Positions 41,170-51,200 of a DNA stretch of 64,000 bases are shown here, piece by piece. The notes beneath the pieces are model-generated. The model was not told where the DNA came from and searched no databases. It saw nothing but the letters and a program-made list of their open reading frames with translations. Source of the stretch: an uncultured Prevotellaceae bacterium (GTDB lineage: Bacteria > Bacteroidota > Bacteroidia > Bacteroidales > Bacteroidaceae); the NCBI GenBank assembly GCA_900318885.1, contig ONMN01000001.1:93068-157067 (forward strand), written 5' to 3'. Each line of letters starts with the position of its first letter. Within the stretch, counting starts at the first letter, position 1. The translations under genes were made by a program, and so were the position numbers.

Positions 41170-42168
41170 ATGGGTGATTTAATCAGTAATAAAACAATAG
41201 AACGTGTCAAGCGAGACAATTGTTTTGATTTTCTGCGTTATCTCTTTGCTTTTTCACTCATTCTAGTACACTTCTGTACACTCACTGATACCGAACAGTT
41301 TTGGTTTATCAGTGGACAAATGCGTGTAAAAGCATTCTTTACTATCACTGGTTTTCTAGTCGTTTACAGTTTCCTCAGACGTAAAAGTCTAAAAGTTTAC
41401 TGCTGGAAACGAATCGTACGCATTATGCCTGCCTATATTACAACTATTTTATTGTGCTATTTAGTAGGTTATTTCTTCTCTACTGCGTCAGCTACCGACT
41501 ATTATTTTTCCTCACAATCACTGAAATATCTCGTAGCCAACCTTTCATTCATGAACTTTATAGAACCTTGTTTACCAGGCTTGTTTACAGATAATACATA
41601 TGGACCTTTCGTCAATGGTTCATTATGGTCTATGAAATTGGAAGTAATATTCTATATATTAGTTCCCTTGATAGTCTTTCAAATGCAAAAAGTGAATAAG
41701 ACTATCGTATTAGTTATTGTGTATATTTTACTTACTATCTACAATCAATTCTTTGATAATAGCGTGAATACCTTCATCTATTTTTTCAGTGGTACGGCCA
41801 TTCTGTTGTATTTCGACTGGTTTTGTCAACATATCAAATGGATATTTCCGTTTTGTCTGGTCTATATGATTATTATTTTCTTTTTTGACTATTCGTTTCT
41901 TTATTATATTGAACCACTCATTTTTTCAGCTATCATTGTTGGAATAGCATATTATTGCAAACCTCTTAACTTTCTACAACGCTATGACAACATTTCCTAT
42001 GGACTATATCTCTATCACTTCCCTGTAATACAAGTATTGGTGCAATATAAACTGCACCAACACAATATTTACATAACTTTCATATTTGCTCTTATTATCA
42101 CCATCTTATTAGCGATAATTTCTTGGTATATCATTGAAAAGCCAATGTTACAACGTAAAGTGAATTAG
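41170..42168 (+). CDS. Acyltransferase 3 family (OafA-like) membrane protein
   Basis: NCFDFLR, FFTITGFL, RIVRIMP, NGSLWS, SYGLYLYHFP, SWYIIEKP; AT-rich. Confidence 0.88.
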   Translation: MGDLISNKTIERVKRDNCFDFLRYLFAFSLILVHFCTLTDTEQFWFISGQMRVKAFFTITGFLVVYSFLRRKSLKVYCWKRIVRIMPAYITTILLCYLVGYFFSTASATDYYFSSQSLKYLVANLSFMNFIEPCLPGLFTDNTYGPFVNGSLWSMKLEVIFYILVPLIVFQMQKVNKTIVLVIVYILLTIYNQFFDNSVNTFIYFFSGTAILLYFDWFCQHIKWIFPFCLVYMIIIFFFDYSFLYYIEPLIFSAIIVGIAYYCKPLNFLQRYDNISYGLYLYHFPVIQVLVQYKLHQHNIYITFIFALIITILLAIISWYIIEKPMLQRKVN

Positions 42169-43175
42169 CTCAATGCCAGCATTTTTTCAATAGGCTTTAC
42201 GGCATCTTTCGCTATTTTTGGATCGACTTCTACTGATGGCCATTCGTATTTCAAGCAGTTGTATATCTTCAGAAGCGTGTTCATCTTCATATACTGACAC
42301 TCGTTACAACTGCATTCTAGGCCGCTCTCGCTGATTTCAGGAGGCACAGGGATAAATTCCTTGTCTGGACAAGAACGCTGCATCTCGTGCAAAATACCGG
42401 CCTCTGTGGCGACAATATATTGCTTTTCATCATGTTGCTTAGCATAATTAAGCATCGTTGCCGTACTTCCCTTTACGTCAGCAAGTGCCAATACAGGACC
42501 CTTACACTCCAAATGAGCCATCACAATAGCATGAGGATACTGCTTTTTTAGTTCTAATATCTTTGCTACTGAGAAGCGTTCATGCACATGACAACCACCA
42601 TTCCAAAGCAGCATATTTCTACCTGTCACTTCGTTGATATAATTACCCAGATTATAATCAGGACCAAAAATAAGCTTCGCATCTTTTGGTAACTGATCGA
42701 CAACTTTTTTTGCATTGCCACTGGTAACAACAACATCTGTCAAAGCTTTCACAGCAGCAGTGGTATTGACATACGAAATAACCTGATAGCCAGGATGCTC
42801 GTCCTTGAATTTCTTCAGATCTTCAGCCTTACACGAGTCAGCTAATGAACAACCAGCATTGAGATCTGGACAGAGTACTATTTTCTTAGGAGAAAGTAAC
42901 TTACACGTTTCTGCCATAAAATGTACACCACACATGACCATCATCTTTGCATCTGTCTCTGCAGCCTTGCGAGCCAAAGCCAATGAGTCACCTACAAAAT
43001 CAGCAATATCCTGAATATCGCCAATGGTATAATAGTGGGCTAAAATGATAGCTCCCTTTTCTTGACACATACGACGAATCTCTTGTTTCAAGTATTCCGT
43101 CTCGTTCATTCCTTCAGGAACATTGACAGCTTCGTCAATGAATCCTTTTTGTTTCCACTCCTTTTTCAACATCAC
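42165..43175 (-). CDS. nadA: Quinolinate synthase A
   Basis: ILAHYY, CGVHFMAET, AGCSLA, SYVNT, CHVH, CQYMK. Confidence 0.96.
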   Translation of the reverse strand: MMLKKEWKQKGFIDEAVNVPEGMNETEYLKQEIRRMCQEKGAIILAHYYTIGDIQDIADFVGDSLALARKAAETDAKMMVMCGVHFMAETCKLLSPKKIVLCPDLNAGCSLADSCKAEDLKKFKDEHPGYQVISYVNTTAAVKALTDVVVTSGNAKKVVDQLPKDAKLIFGPDYNLGNYINEVTGRNMLLWNGGCHVHERFSVAKILELKKQYPHAIVMAHLECKGPVLALADVKGSTATMLNYAKQHDEKQYIVATEAGILHEMQRSCPDKEFIPVPPEISESGLECSCNECQYMKMNTLLKIYNCLKYEWPSVEVDPKIAKDAVKPIEKMLALS

Positions 43176-43549
43176 ATTAATATTTTATTTTCTTTCTTTT
43201 TTTCTTTTTAAAAAGAGAATGAAAAGGATGATATGCGGTTGATAAGTGCAAAACTATTTCTGATTTTCCTTGCCAGAATGTTTATTCACTTGTAGTTTAA
43301 CGTTGTTCACATCCTTTGTGGATACTTACTAATTGATACTTAGTTCGTTAGATAGTTTATCCACAATTCTCTATTTTGGTGCAAAATTAATAAGTTTATA
43401 TCTTTTTCTTGCATTTTTTGGTGGAAAAATGAGTTGAAAGCCTATAATTTATGCTTAAAATGCACAGTCGAGTAGGGGAGTATTGTATAATTGTGAAGTT
43501 ATGAATGAATTATTAACATGGTTATGCACATAGTTATCCACACTTTTTC
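43176..43549. other. Candidate replication origin oriC
   Basis: AT-rich intergenic region; perfect DnaA boxes TTATCCACA at 43357 and 43534, TTATGCACA at 43522, near-boxes at 43282, 43303 and 43317. Confidence 0.8.
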
Positions 43550-43630
43550 GTATCTTTGACTTCGTCGAAAGAACTCACGTTCGAAAAAGCTCAAATATAT
43601 TTGGCTTTTTACTCTCTTATTCGTACCTTT
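43550..43630 (+). mobile_element. Two-hairpin mini-element, copy A; ends in the SpoU-gene promoter box
   Basis: gtatcttt-gac-ttc-gtc-gaaagaac-tcacgttcg-aaaaagctcaaat-at-atttggcttttt-actctcttattc-gtaccttt; 73-bp period. Confidence 0.72.
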
Positions 43631-43639
43631 GCAAACACA

Positions 43640-44170
43640 ATGAGAAAGATAAAGACGATAGAGATGAAACGCTTGACGATAGAAGAGTATCGTGAGGCAG
43701 AGAAACTACCATTAATAGTAGTATTGGATGACGTGCGCTCAATGTATAACATTGGTAGCGTGTTTCGTACATGTGATACTTTTCGCGTAGAGGCAGTCTA
43801 TCTTTGTGGTATATGTCAGACGCCTCCATCGACTGAAATTCATAAAACAGCCCTTGGTGCAGAGGAGAGTGTGGCTTGGAAATATTTCAAGACAGCATTA
43901 GAGGCAGTAGAAGAACTCAAAAAACAGGGTTACAGCGTGTTTTCTGTCGAGCAGGTGGAGCACAGTACTAAATTGCATACGTTCGAGCCTCAGCGTGGCT
44001 TAAAATACGCTGTAGTGCTAGGAAATGAAGTAAAAGGCGTCCACCAGGAAGTAGTAGACGCCTCAGATGGCTGTTTAGAGATACCTCAGCTGGGTATTAA
44101 GCACTCGATGAATGTCTCTGTTACTGCCGGTATTATTATCTATAAATTCGCAGAGTCATTAATTCTCTGA
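43640..44170 (+). CDS. SpoU/TrmH family RNA methyltransferase
   Basis: LDDVRSMYNIGSVFRT, KTALGA, LGNEVKG, HSMNVSV; start at ATG 43640. Confidence 0.92.
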   Translation: MRKIKTIEMKRLTIEEYREAEKLPLIVVLDDVRSMYNIGSVFRTCDTFRVEAVYLCGICQTPPSTEIHKTALGAEESVAWKYFKTALEAVEELKKQGYSVFSVEQVEHSTKLHTFEPQRGLKYAVVLGNEVKGVHQEVVDASDGCLEIPQLGIKHSMNVSVTAGIIIYKFAESLIL

Positions 44171-44195
44171 CTAAGGTCGAGTGTGGCGATGTATT

Positions 44196-44279
44196 CTGCA
44201 AAAGTAATTCAGAATACTCCAAGAGTAATTTCAAATACTCTTGGAGTATTTTTTGTTACTCCGAAAGTATTTTCAGTTA
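44196..44279. repeat. 21-bp x4 satellite containing a terminator-like hairpin
   Basis: Units at 44196, 44217, 44238, 44259; aatactccaagagta/tactcttggagtatt stem followed by a T-run. Confidence 0.8.
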
Positions 44280-46055
44280 TCTTATAATAACTTTTTTTGT
44301 TGTACCGTCACTCATGCGAATGATGTTTAATCCTCGCTGTGGTTGATTGATGCGCTTTCCATCAATAGTATAGTGCTCTACAATTGCAGGCTGTTGTGTG
44401 GCTGTTGTTACTGCAATATCTGTTGTTGGCTTAGGATCTTCATCTGTCAACGCTATGATAGTTCCAAAGTCCTTCCATTGTTCTGCGTTTTTGTAGGCTT
44501 CTACAGAAGCAGCGGGTACATGGAGGGTAGCGTTTTTGTAATTAGAATTATTAAAGCTGCTATATGCAATAGGTGCTTGTTCTGTATAACAAAACACATT
44601 TATCAGATTAAAGCCTGATCCGAATGCGCTTGTTCCAATACCCTTTACGCTATTACCTATGATAAGATTAGTTAATGATACACAACCCGAGAACGAATAA
44701 TCTCCTATTACTGTCACGCTATTAGGAATAGTAATTGAGGCTATTCTCGGACAACTATAAAATGCGTATTGATCAATGATAGTGACCCCATTACCAATTT
44801 TTACAGCACTAAGATTAGTGCAACCTTCGAATGTATATCGCTCTATTTTTGTAACGTTGCCAGGAATATCAATAGAGGTGAGTGCTTCACAACGAGCGAA
44901 TGCAAAACCACCTATTGTAGTAACACTACTTGAAATTGTTACCGAAGCAAGATTAATACATCCTAAAAATGCAGAACCACCAATACTCGTAACACCATCT
45001 GGAATAACAATAGAGGTTAGGCCAGAACAACCCTGACATGCATAGTTTGCAATAGCTGTTACACTTTCAGGAATAATCGTGTTCTGACATCCTTTCAAAA
45101 GCGTGTTACTGGCAGTTTCAATCAAAGCATTACAATTATTACGAGAGTCATAGGCGGTATTTCCTTCTTCTACAGTTATATTAACTATATTTGGGTTGCC
45201 TCTAAATGCCATACTTCTAATAGTTTCTACGCTTTTAGGAATACTAATAGATGTAAGATTGCAATATTCGAACGCACTAGTACCAATACTTTTTAAGTTA
45301 TTAGGAAAAATGATAGTAGTTAGATTCGTATTTTTGAAAGCATCAGTGCCAATACTTGTCAGACTATTCGGAAGGCTGATAGAGATTAGCGACACACAAT
45401 TATCGAATGCATAATTTTCGATAGATGTCACTCCTTCAGGGATGACCAATTCTCTAACGACCTCACCATTTAGGTGCAAGCGATTCTGCATAGTAACGGG
45501 ATTGCTATTTATACCATCAAAACAGATTCCACACCATGCTGCAATGTCTGAAATATTAATTGACGTAAGAGCGTTACACTTGTCGAACGCATAGTTACCC
45601 ATATACGTAAGACCATTGCCTATATTTACAGAGGTAAGGCTAGTACAATTTCCGAATGCATATCCTTCGATTGTTGTCACGCTATTGGGAATAGTAACAG
45701 TCGTCAGACTGCTGCAGCCGTAAAAAGCATCACCTTGAATACTGATCACACTATTAGGAATGGTGATAGAGGTAAGGTCAGAACAATTGTAGAAAGCAGA
45801 ACGTCCGATAGATGTCACCTTATAGACATGATCTTCATACGTTACCTCTTCAGGAATAACAACATCTCCACTATAACTACTTTTGTTATAATCACGGGAA
45901 GTAACCTCCAATTCCGCATTCTCTAAATAATTAACATTGTAATAGATAGTAACACCATCAGCATTTGGAACTTGGATATCACAATAAGCTAAGACATTAA
46001 TAGAAGTCATGCATGATAGCAGGACAAGCAATAAGTTTAAATGACTCTTTTTCAT
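44277..46055 (-). CDS. BspA-type leucine-rich repeat surface protein, T9SS cargo
   Basis: Many LTSITIPNSVxxIxxxAFxxC repeats; signal peptide; CTD YTIDGKRI...GTTKKVIIR. Confidence 0.92.
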   Translation of the reverse strand: MKKSHLNLLLVLLSCMTSINVLAYCDIQVPNADGVTIYYNVNYLENAELEVTSRDYNKSSYSGDVVIPEEVTYEDHVYKVTSIGRSAFYNCSDLTSITIPNSVISIQGDAFYGCSSLTTVTIPNSVTTIEGYAFGNCTSLTSVNIGNGLTYMGNYAFDKCNALTSINISDIAAWCGICFDGINSNPVTMQNRLHLNGEVVRELVIPEGVTSIENYAFDNCVSLISISLPNSLTSIGTDAFKNTNLTTIIFPNNLKSIGTSAFEYCNLTSISIPKSVETIRSMAFRGNPNIVNITVEEGNTAYDSRNNCNALIETASNTLLKGCQNTIIPESVTAIANYACQGCSGLTSIVIPDGVTSIGGSAFLGCINLASVTISSSVTTIGGFAFARCEALTSIDIPGNVTKIERYTFEGCTNLSAVKIGNGVTIIDQYAFYSCPRIASITIPNSVTVIGDYSFSGCVSLTNLIIGNSVKGIGTSAFGSGFNLINVFCYTEQAPIAYSSFNNSNYKNATLHVPAASVEAYKNAEQWKDFGTIIALTDEDPKPTTDIAVTTATQQPAIVEHYTIDGKRINQPQRGLNIIRMSDGTTKKVIIR

Positions 46056-46081
46056 GTTTTTATATTTTTGTGATATTTTCC

Positions 46082-47893
46082 TTACTTCACAAATTCTTTT
46101 CTCGTTGTTCCGTCACTCATCTTGATGATGTTCAATCCGTGCTGAGGTTTGCTGATGCGCTTACCATCAAGCGTATAGCGACCTACAGCAATAGGTATCT
46201 GTGTAGTTGTTGGTACTGCAATTCCTGTGGTTGGTTTAGGATCTTCATCTATCAGTGCAACGATATATATAAATAGTTTCCAAAACTCTGCGTTTTTATA
46301 TACATCTAATGAAACTGCGGGTACATGAAGTTTTATATTGCGAGTCTGGTATCCGAAAGCATCTTCACCAGCTTCAGGCAACTGTTCTGCATAGCAGTAA
46401 ATATCGCTAAGCTGACAACCATAGAATGCTCTACTACCTATGGTCGTTACACTACTGGGGATAACAACATAAGTTAAGCCTGAATAATTAAATGCATTAT
46501 CTTCTATTGTCATTATACCCTCGGGAATATTGATAGAGCTAAGTTCTTCACACGCACTAAATGCACTTGTTCCAATGGTTGTTATATTATTAGGAATAAT
46601 CGTATTTCGACATCCTAATATCAAAGTGTTGTCTGCTGTTCTGATGATAGCATTACAGTTATTGCGAGAATCATAAACAGTGTTTCCCTCTTCCACTTGA
46701 ATCGTAGTAGCACCAAAAGCACAGCCCCAGAAAGCATTATTTTCTATAGATGTGACACTCTTAGGGATAGTAATTGAAGTCAGCTTACAGCCAGAAAATG
46801 CCTCCTCACCAATACTCGTTACTGTAGTAGGAATAGTGAAGGAGGTAAGTGATTGACAGCCCTCAAACACATATTTTTCTATTCTCGTTATACCATCAGC
46901 GATACTAACCGAAGCTAAATTTTTACAATTAAAGAATGCCCATTCTTCAATAGTCTTCATACTACTAGGAATACTGATGGATGTCAGACTTGTGCACTGC
47001 CAGAACGCAGAACTTCCAATCTTTACAACACTACTGGGAATATTGATAGAGGTTAAATTCGTATTGTTATAAAAGGCTCCCCCTCCTATCTCTGTCACGC
47101 TATTGGGAATAACTGTATTGGGACCGCCCGTTATCAATACATTGTCTGCAGTCCTAATGATAGCATTACAGTTATCGCGAGAATCAAACACTGCATTTCC
47201 GCTTTCAACCTGAATAGAGGATAGATTCTCGCAGCCATAAAATGGGTTATAATCTATACTCGTCACACTATTGGGGATTATGATAGAAGTTAAGCTAACA
47301 CAGTTTTGAAAAGCACCACTTCCAATACTCGTAACATGATGAGTCATCTGGATAGAAGTCAATTTTTTAAACTCGTGGAATGCAAGATTTCCAATCCTCG
47401 TTATATTTTCTCCCAAATTAATTTCTTCAACAGTGCTGCCAAAAATATCTTTAAGAAGTACTTCTCCCATCCAACTTCGGTTTTTTGATATGATAGCATT
47501 ACTATTAATTATAACTTTTTTCAAATTACAATAACGGAACATACCATTGTCAATGTTTTCCAAAGTGCTCGGTATGGTGACAGAAACTAGATTCTGACAC
47601 AAGTAGAAAGCATTACTTCCTATGGTTGTCACTCCTTCAGGAATATCTACTGAAGTCAAATTCTGACAATAGCTGAAAGTTTCTTTTCCAATACTCGTTA
47701 CGTTATAAACAACATCATCAACTGTTATTGATGCTGGAATCACAATATCTCCAACATACGCTTGTGAGCCATATGTTACTTCAGCAGTTTTGGCATCTGA
47801 ATTCAGGTTGTAATAAATGCCATCAATTTCTACTTTAGCGCTTACAGCCAAAGGCAGGAGCAGCATTGTAAACAATAAAAATCTTTTCTTCAT
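46082..47893 (-). CDS. BspA-type leucine-rich repeat surface protein, T9SS cargo
   Basis: TpLRR repeats; start MKKRFLL at 47893; CTD YTLDGKRI...GTTRKEFVK. Confidence 0.92.
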   Translation of the reverse strand: MKKRFLLFTMLLLPLAVSAKVEIDGIYYNLNSDAKTAEVTYGSQAYVGDIVIPASITVDDVVYNVTSIGKETFSYCQNLTSVDIPEGVTTIGSNAFYLCQNLVSVTIPSTLENIDNGMFRYCNLKKVIINSNAIISKNRSWMGEVLLKDIFGSTVEEINLGENITRIGNLAFHEFKKLTSIQMTHHVTSIGSGAFQNCVSLTSIIIPNSVTSIDYNPFYGCENLSSIQVESGNAVFDSRDNCNAIIRTADNVLITGGPNTVIPNSVTEIGGGAFYNNTNLTSINIPSSVVKIGSSAFWQCTSLTSISIPSSMKTIEEWAFFNCKNLASVSIADGITRIEKYVFEGCQSLTSFTIPTTVTSIGEEAFSGCKLTSITIPKSVTSIENNAFWGCAFGATTIQVEEGNTVYDSRNNCNAIIRTADNTLILGCRNTIIPNNITTIGTSAFSACEELSSINIPEGIMTIEDNAFNYSGLTYVVIPSSVTTIGSRAFYGCQLSDIYCYAEQLPEAGEDAFGYQTRNIKLHVPAVSLDVYKNAEFWKLFIYIVALIDEDPKPTTGIAVPTTTQIPIAVGRYTLDGKRISKPQHGLNIIKMSDGTTRKEFVK

Positions 47894-47925
47894 AATCTTT
47901 ATAGACATTATTTTCTAACCATATT

Positions 47926-48066
47926 AAAAGTGCAGACCCATCCATATTCCCATCCAGGTCTAGCACAACCTCAAATACGCTATGGAGTAATCTGTACTCG
48001 ATAGGTGCAGCTCCAATGTGTATTCGGTTCACTCTTTATTCTCTTATCGAGGTGTTAGTTCGGATG
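47926..48066 (-). ncRNA. Candidate structured cis-regulatory leader (terminator/antiterminator)
   Basis: Nested stems, plus a U-tailed hairpin that overlaps the outer stem, lying between the promoter box at 48109..48116 and ATG 47893. Confidence 0.55.
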
Positions 48067-48108
48067 AGAAATTGAGCAAATAAATGTTGTATTCTTTTGA
48101 ACACGGTG

Positions 48109-48116
48109 CAAAGGTA
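48109..48116 (-). promoter_or_regulatory. -7 promoter box for the LRR gene pair
   Basis: TACCTTTG on minus. Confidence 0.65.
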
Positions 48117-48276
48117 AAAAAAATAATTTAAACTACAAACATTTTGAAGAAAAAATGCAGCTTTTACTAAACAACATCCTTCAAAGAGAGATATTAGGCT
48201 TCAATAAGAGATATATAGTCTGTCTTTTTGTCCGTAGTGAGCGAACTCACAGTCCGACGTGTGCGAACTTGCCTGA

Positions 48277-51200
48277 CTATTTGACAATCTTTCGACCATT
48301 ACTTATATAAATACCCTTGGGTTGTTGTGCTAATTGACCATTCATTTTACGACCATTTAAATCATAAACAGCAGCAGTATTTTGTTGATAGTCTGTTTTA
48401 ACTTGTCCAATAGCAGTATGGTCGGATTCTACCTGAATACCAATCTCTGCAGCTGATGTCCAAGCATTACCATTAATCTCTGACTTTGCCACAAACTTCA
48501 GGTAACGACCCATAGTGGGTGTTGTTAATTTGGTAACTTGTTGTGACGTCGTGTTTTTGAATTGACCTGAAACAACAGGCGAGCCCCAAGTTGAACCATC
48601 GTTACTAAGATAAACCTCGAAGTTTTTCACCATACCATTTTGATTTCCATCTTGGCGACTGAGGTAGGTGATTGCTGTTACCTTGTATTCACTGGCCATA
48701 TCAATGACTATCGTATGTGGACACGCTGGTTCCACGCTTCCCCATTCTGTATGCCAGAAAGTATCGTTCTTACCATCAAAAGCTAAACGAGCTTCATTGC
48801 CACTATGCTGACTATCAGCACTGACCAGTTTCCAGGCTGACTTGTTTATATAAAGATCAAAATCGTATGTCATTACTGGACTATCCATTAAATTTTCACC
48901 AGTACAATAGGTATTGATTGTGCATGCATCATTTTGGATAAGAGGATCAGTATATTTCTGATAGTCACCTCCATTGATGCTATAATAGATAGTGGCATTC
49001 TTCGTTGGGGTGCTCATTTTGATACGCCCATTGCTCTGACGTTCACAACTGACAGGCTGGCATACCGGCATATCCACTCGAGCGATTGCGGCAACATCGT
49101 TTCCAGCTTTCAACGGAATGATGAAGAATCGGAAAGCAGTATTGGCAGCTTTCAGTTCGTATTTATCCATCACGTCTGGACCACAAGAGTTATTACCCAA
49201 ACCACGAGTAGCAGCATCGAGATTGACAACGGTATTATCGCAACGTACAAACTGATAGGTATGTTTCTTGCGCGTGTCCTTATTCGTATAGTTGTCTTCA
49301 GGACGGAAATGAACGGCAGAAGCTGCCATCTGGTCTGGTGCAACAAACAACAGACCTTGGCCCTCATTATTAGTCACTGACATCCAACGTACCTCTTGTT
49401 TAGTACCATGTTCCTGTGGCAGGATGTATTCTTCATATTGATTGGTAACAGTACTCTGATAGATGCCGGGCAGACAGGCTTCCTTGCGGTCGCGATAGTT
49501 GTCCCAAGGTCCGCGTCCGAACCACATAAGTTGTTCCATTTCCTTTGGCATCTCTAACTTAAAGCCAAGCTTAGGCAGGATGGCACCAGAATTCTGCGGA
49601 CGGATAAAGGAGTTGACCATCAGTGTACCATCAGCACAAACGATAAAGTCAAGGCTGACATCGAAAGTGTTTGAGCTATTACCATAAGTACTCTTCATAC
49701 TCACGATGACGGTCTTGCCATCATCAGCCTTTGTCACCTTCGTATCAGTACCCTTACCCGTCGTACTGAGACTACGCAGTCCCATACTGTCCCAAGTTGC
49801 TTTCTTGCTGCCATCATTGTCAGTAGGCAGACGGAAGGCATTGAGTTGCAGAGCCTTGCTCATCATCTGAACACCGTCAAGAGAGTAACCCGTGAGTGTA
49901 CCTTTATTCTTGGTAAAGGTAGCCTTGAAATTGGCACCGCTGACGTCAACAACAGCGTCAGTCTCTTCTACTGTCAGCGCATTATTATTGGCAAAGGTAA
50001 GGTCTTTCATTGGCTTTGTCGCTGTCTTCACAGGCAGTTTCTCTTCAGCTACCACATAGCCGGCATCAGCCCAGGCAGTATTTTCGCGCTGTTTAGCGGT
50101 GAAATTTATGAAAACTTCTTTTTCAGGGGGAATAATAGAGAAGTAAGAAGAAGTAAGATAATCGATAGTGATATTCTTAGTTTCACCAGCAGCAATGTCG
50201 TCGCTAATAGTTCCGCTCATATAGTCATGACCTTCTTCATCAACAATGCTGTAGCTAACGTCGTAAATGCTACTGGACAAGAATGCCAACTTGTTTTTCA
50301 TACGGAAAACATTAGTTTTACCACTTACTGCAGAAAACTCCAAAGGCTGGTAAATCTTCTTCGTATTATATGTCTTTGCGGTATAGCTCCAGTCTGGATG
50401 CACCAAACCATTAATGCAGAAATTTCCGTCGTTGGGATTATCGCCAAAGTCACCACCATATGCCCAGTATTCCTGACCACTACTGCTCTTGGTGAGCAAT
50501 CCTTGGTCCTTGAAGTCCCAGATGAATTCACCCGTCAGACACGGATAGTTCTCGTAGAGGTCGAACATATCACGAACATTACCCATTGAGTTACCCATCG
50601 AATGTGAATTCTCGCACTGGATATGCGGACGGTTATGCTGTGATGAACCAATATAGTTGATGGTTTCATAGCTGGCATACATCGTTGAGGAGACATCAGC
50701 ATAATCGCTATTACCTTCGTAGTGCGTCAGACGTGTCTTGTCGAGTGCCTTGATAGCATTGGCCACATACTGGAAATTGTTGCCGTTTCCGCTCTCATTA
50801 CCAAACGACCAGATAAAGATACAGGGATGGTTGCGATGGGTTAGTACGTGATTCTCAGAACGTTCCACCATAGCAGGACGGAACAGTGACAATGACGAGA
50901 GTTTCTGATGGGCGTGACACTCCACATCAGCCTCAGCCAGCACATAGAGTCCGTATTTGTCGCAGAGGTCGTAGAAAATAGGATCATTGGGATAGTGTGA
51001 AGTACGCACGGCATTGATATTCAACCGCTTCATCGTTTTGATGTCTTCTTCTATCTCCTCGTCAGTAATGGCACGCCCATTTACTGGCGAGAAATCATGG
51101 CGGTTTACACCATGAAACACCATACGTTTACCATTGATAATTAGTGCACCATCGTTACGGATACCAACCTCGCGGAAACCTACTTTGCTGCCACGTATAT

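Noticed and set aside
43550-43630. Mini-element as a hammerhead ribozyme
   Set aside because: GTC-GAAA is present in copy A only and there is no CTGANGA core.
47835-48032. 65-aa ORF in the LRR leader as a leader peptide
   Set aside because: GTG start, no amino-acid enrichment, and it overlaps the gene out of frame; the RNA structure explains the region better, though translation is not excluded.
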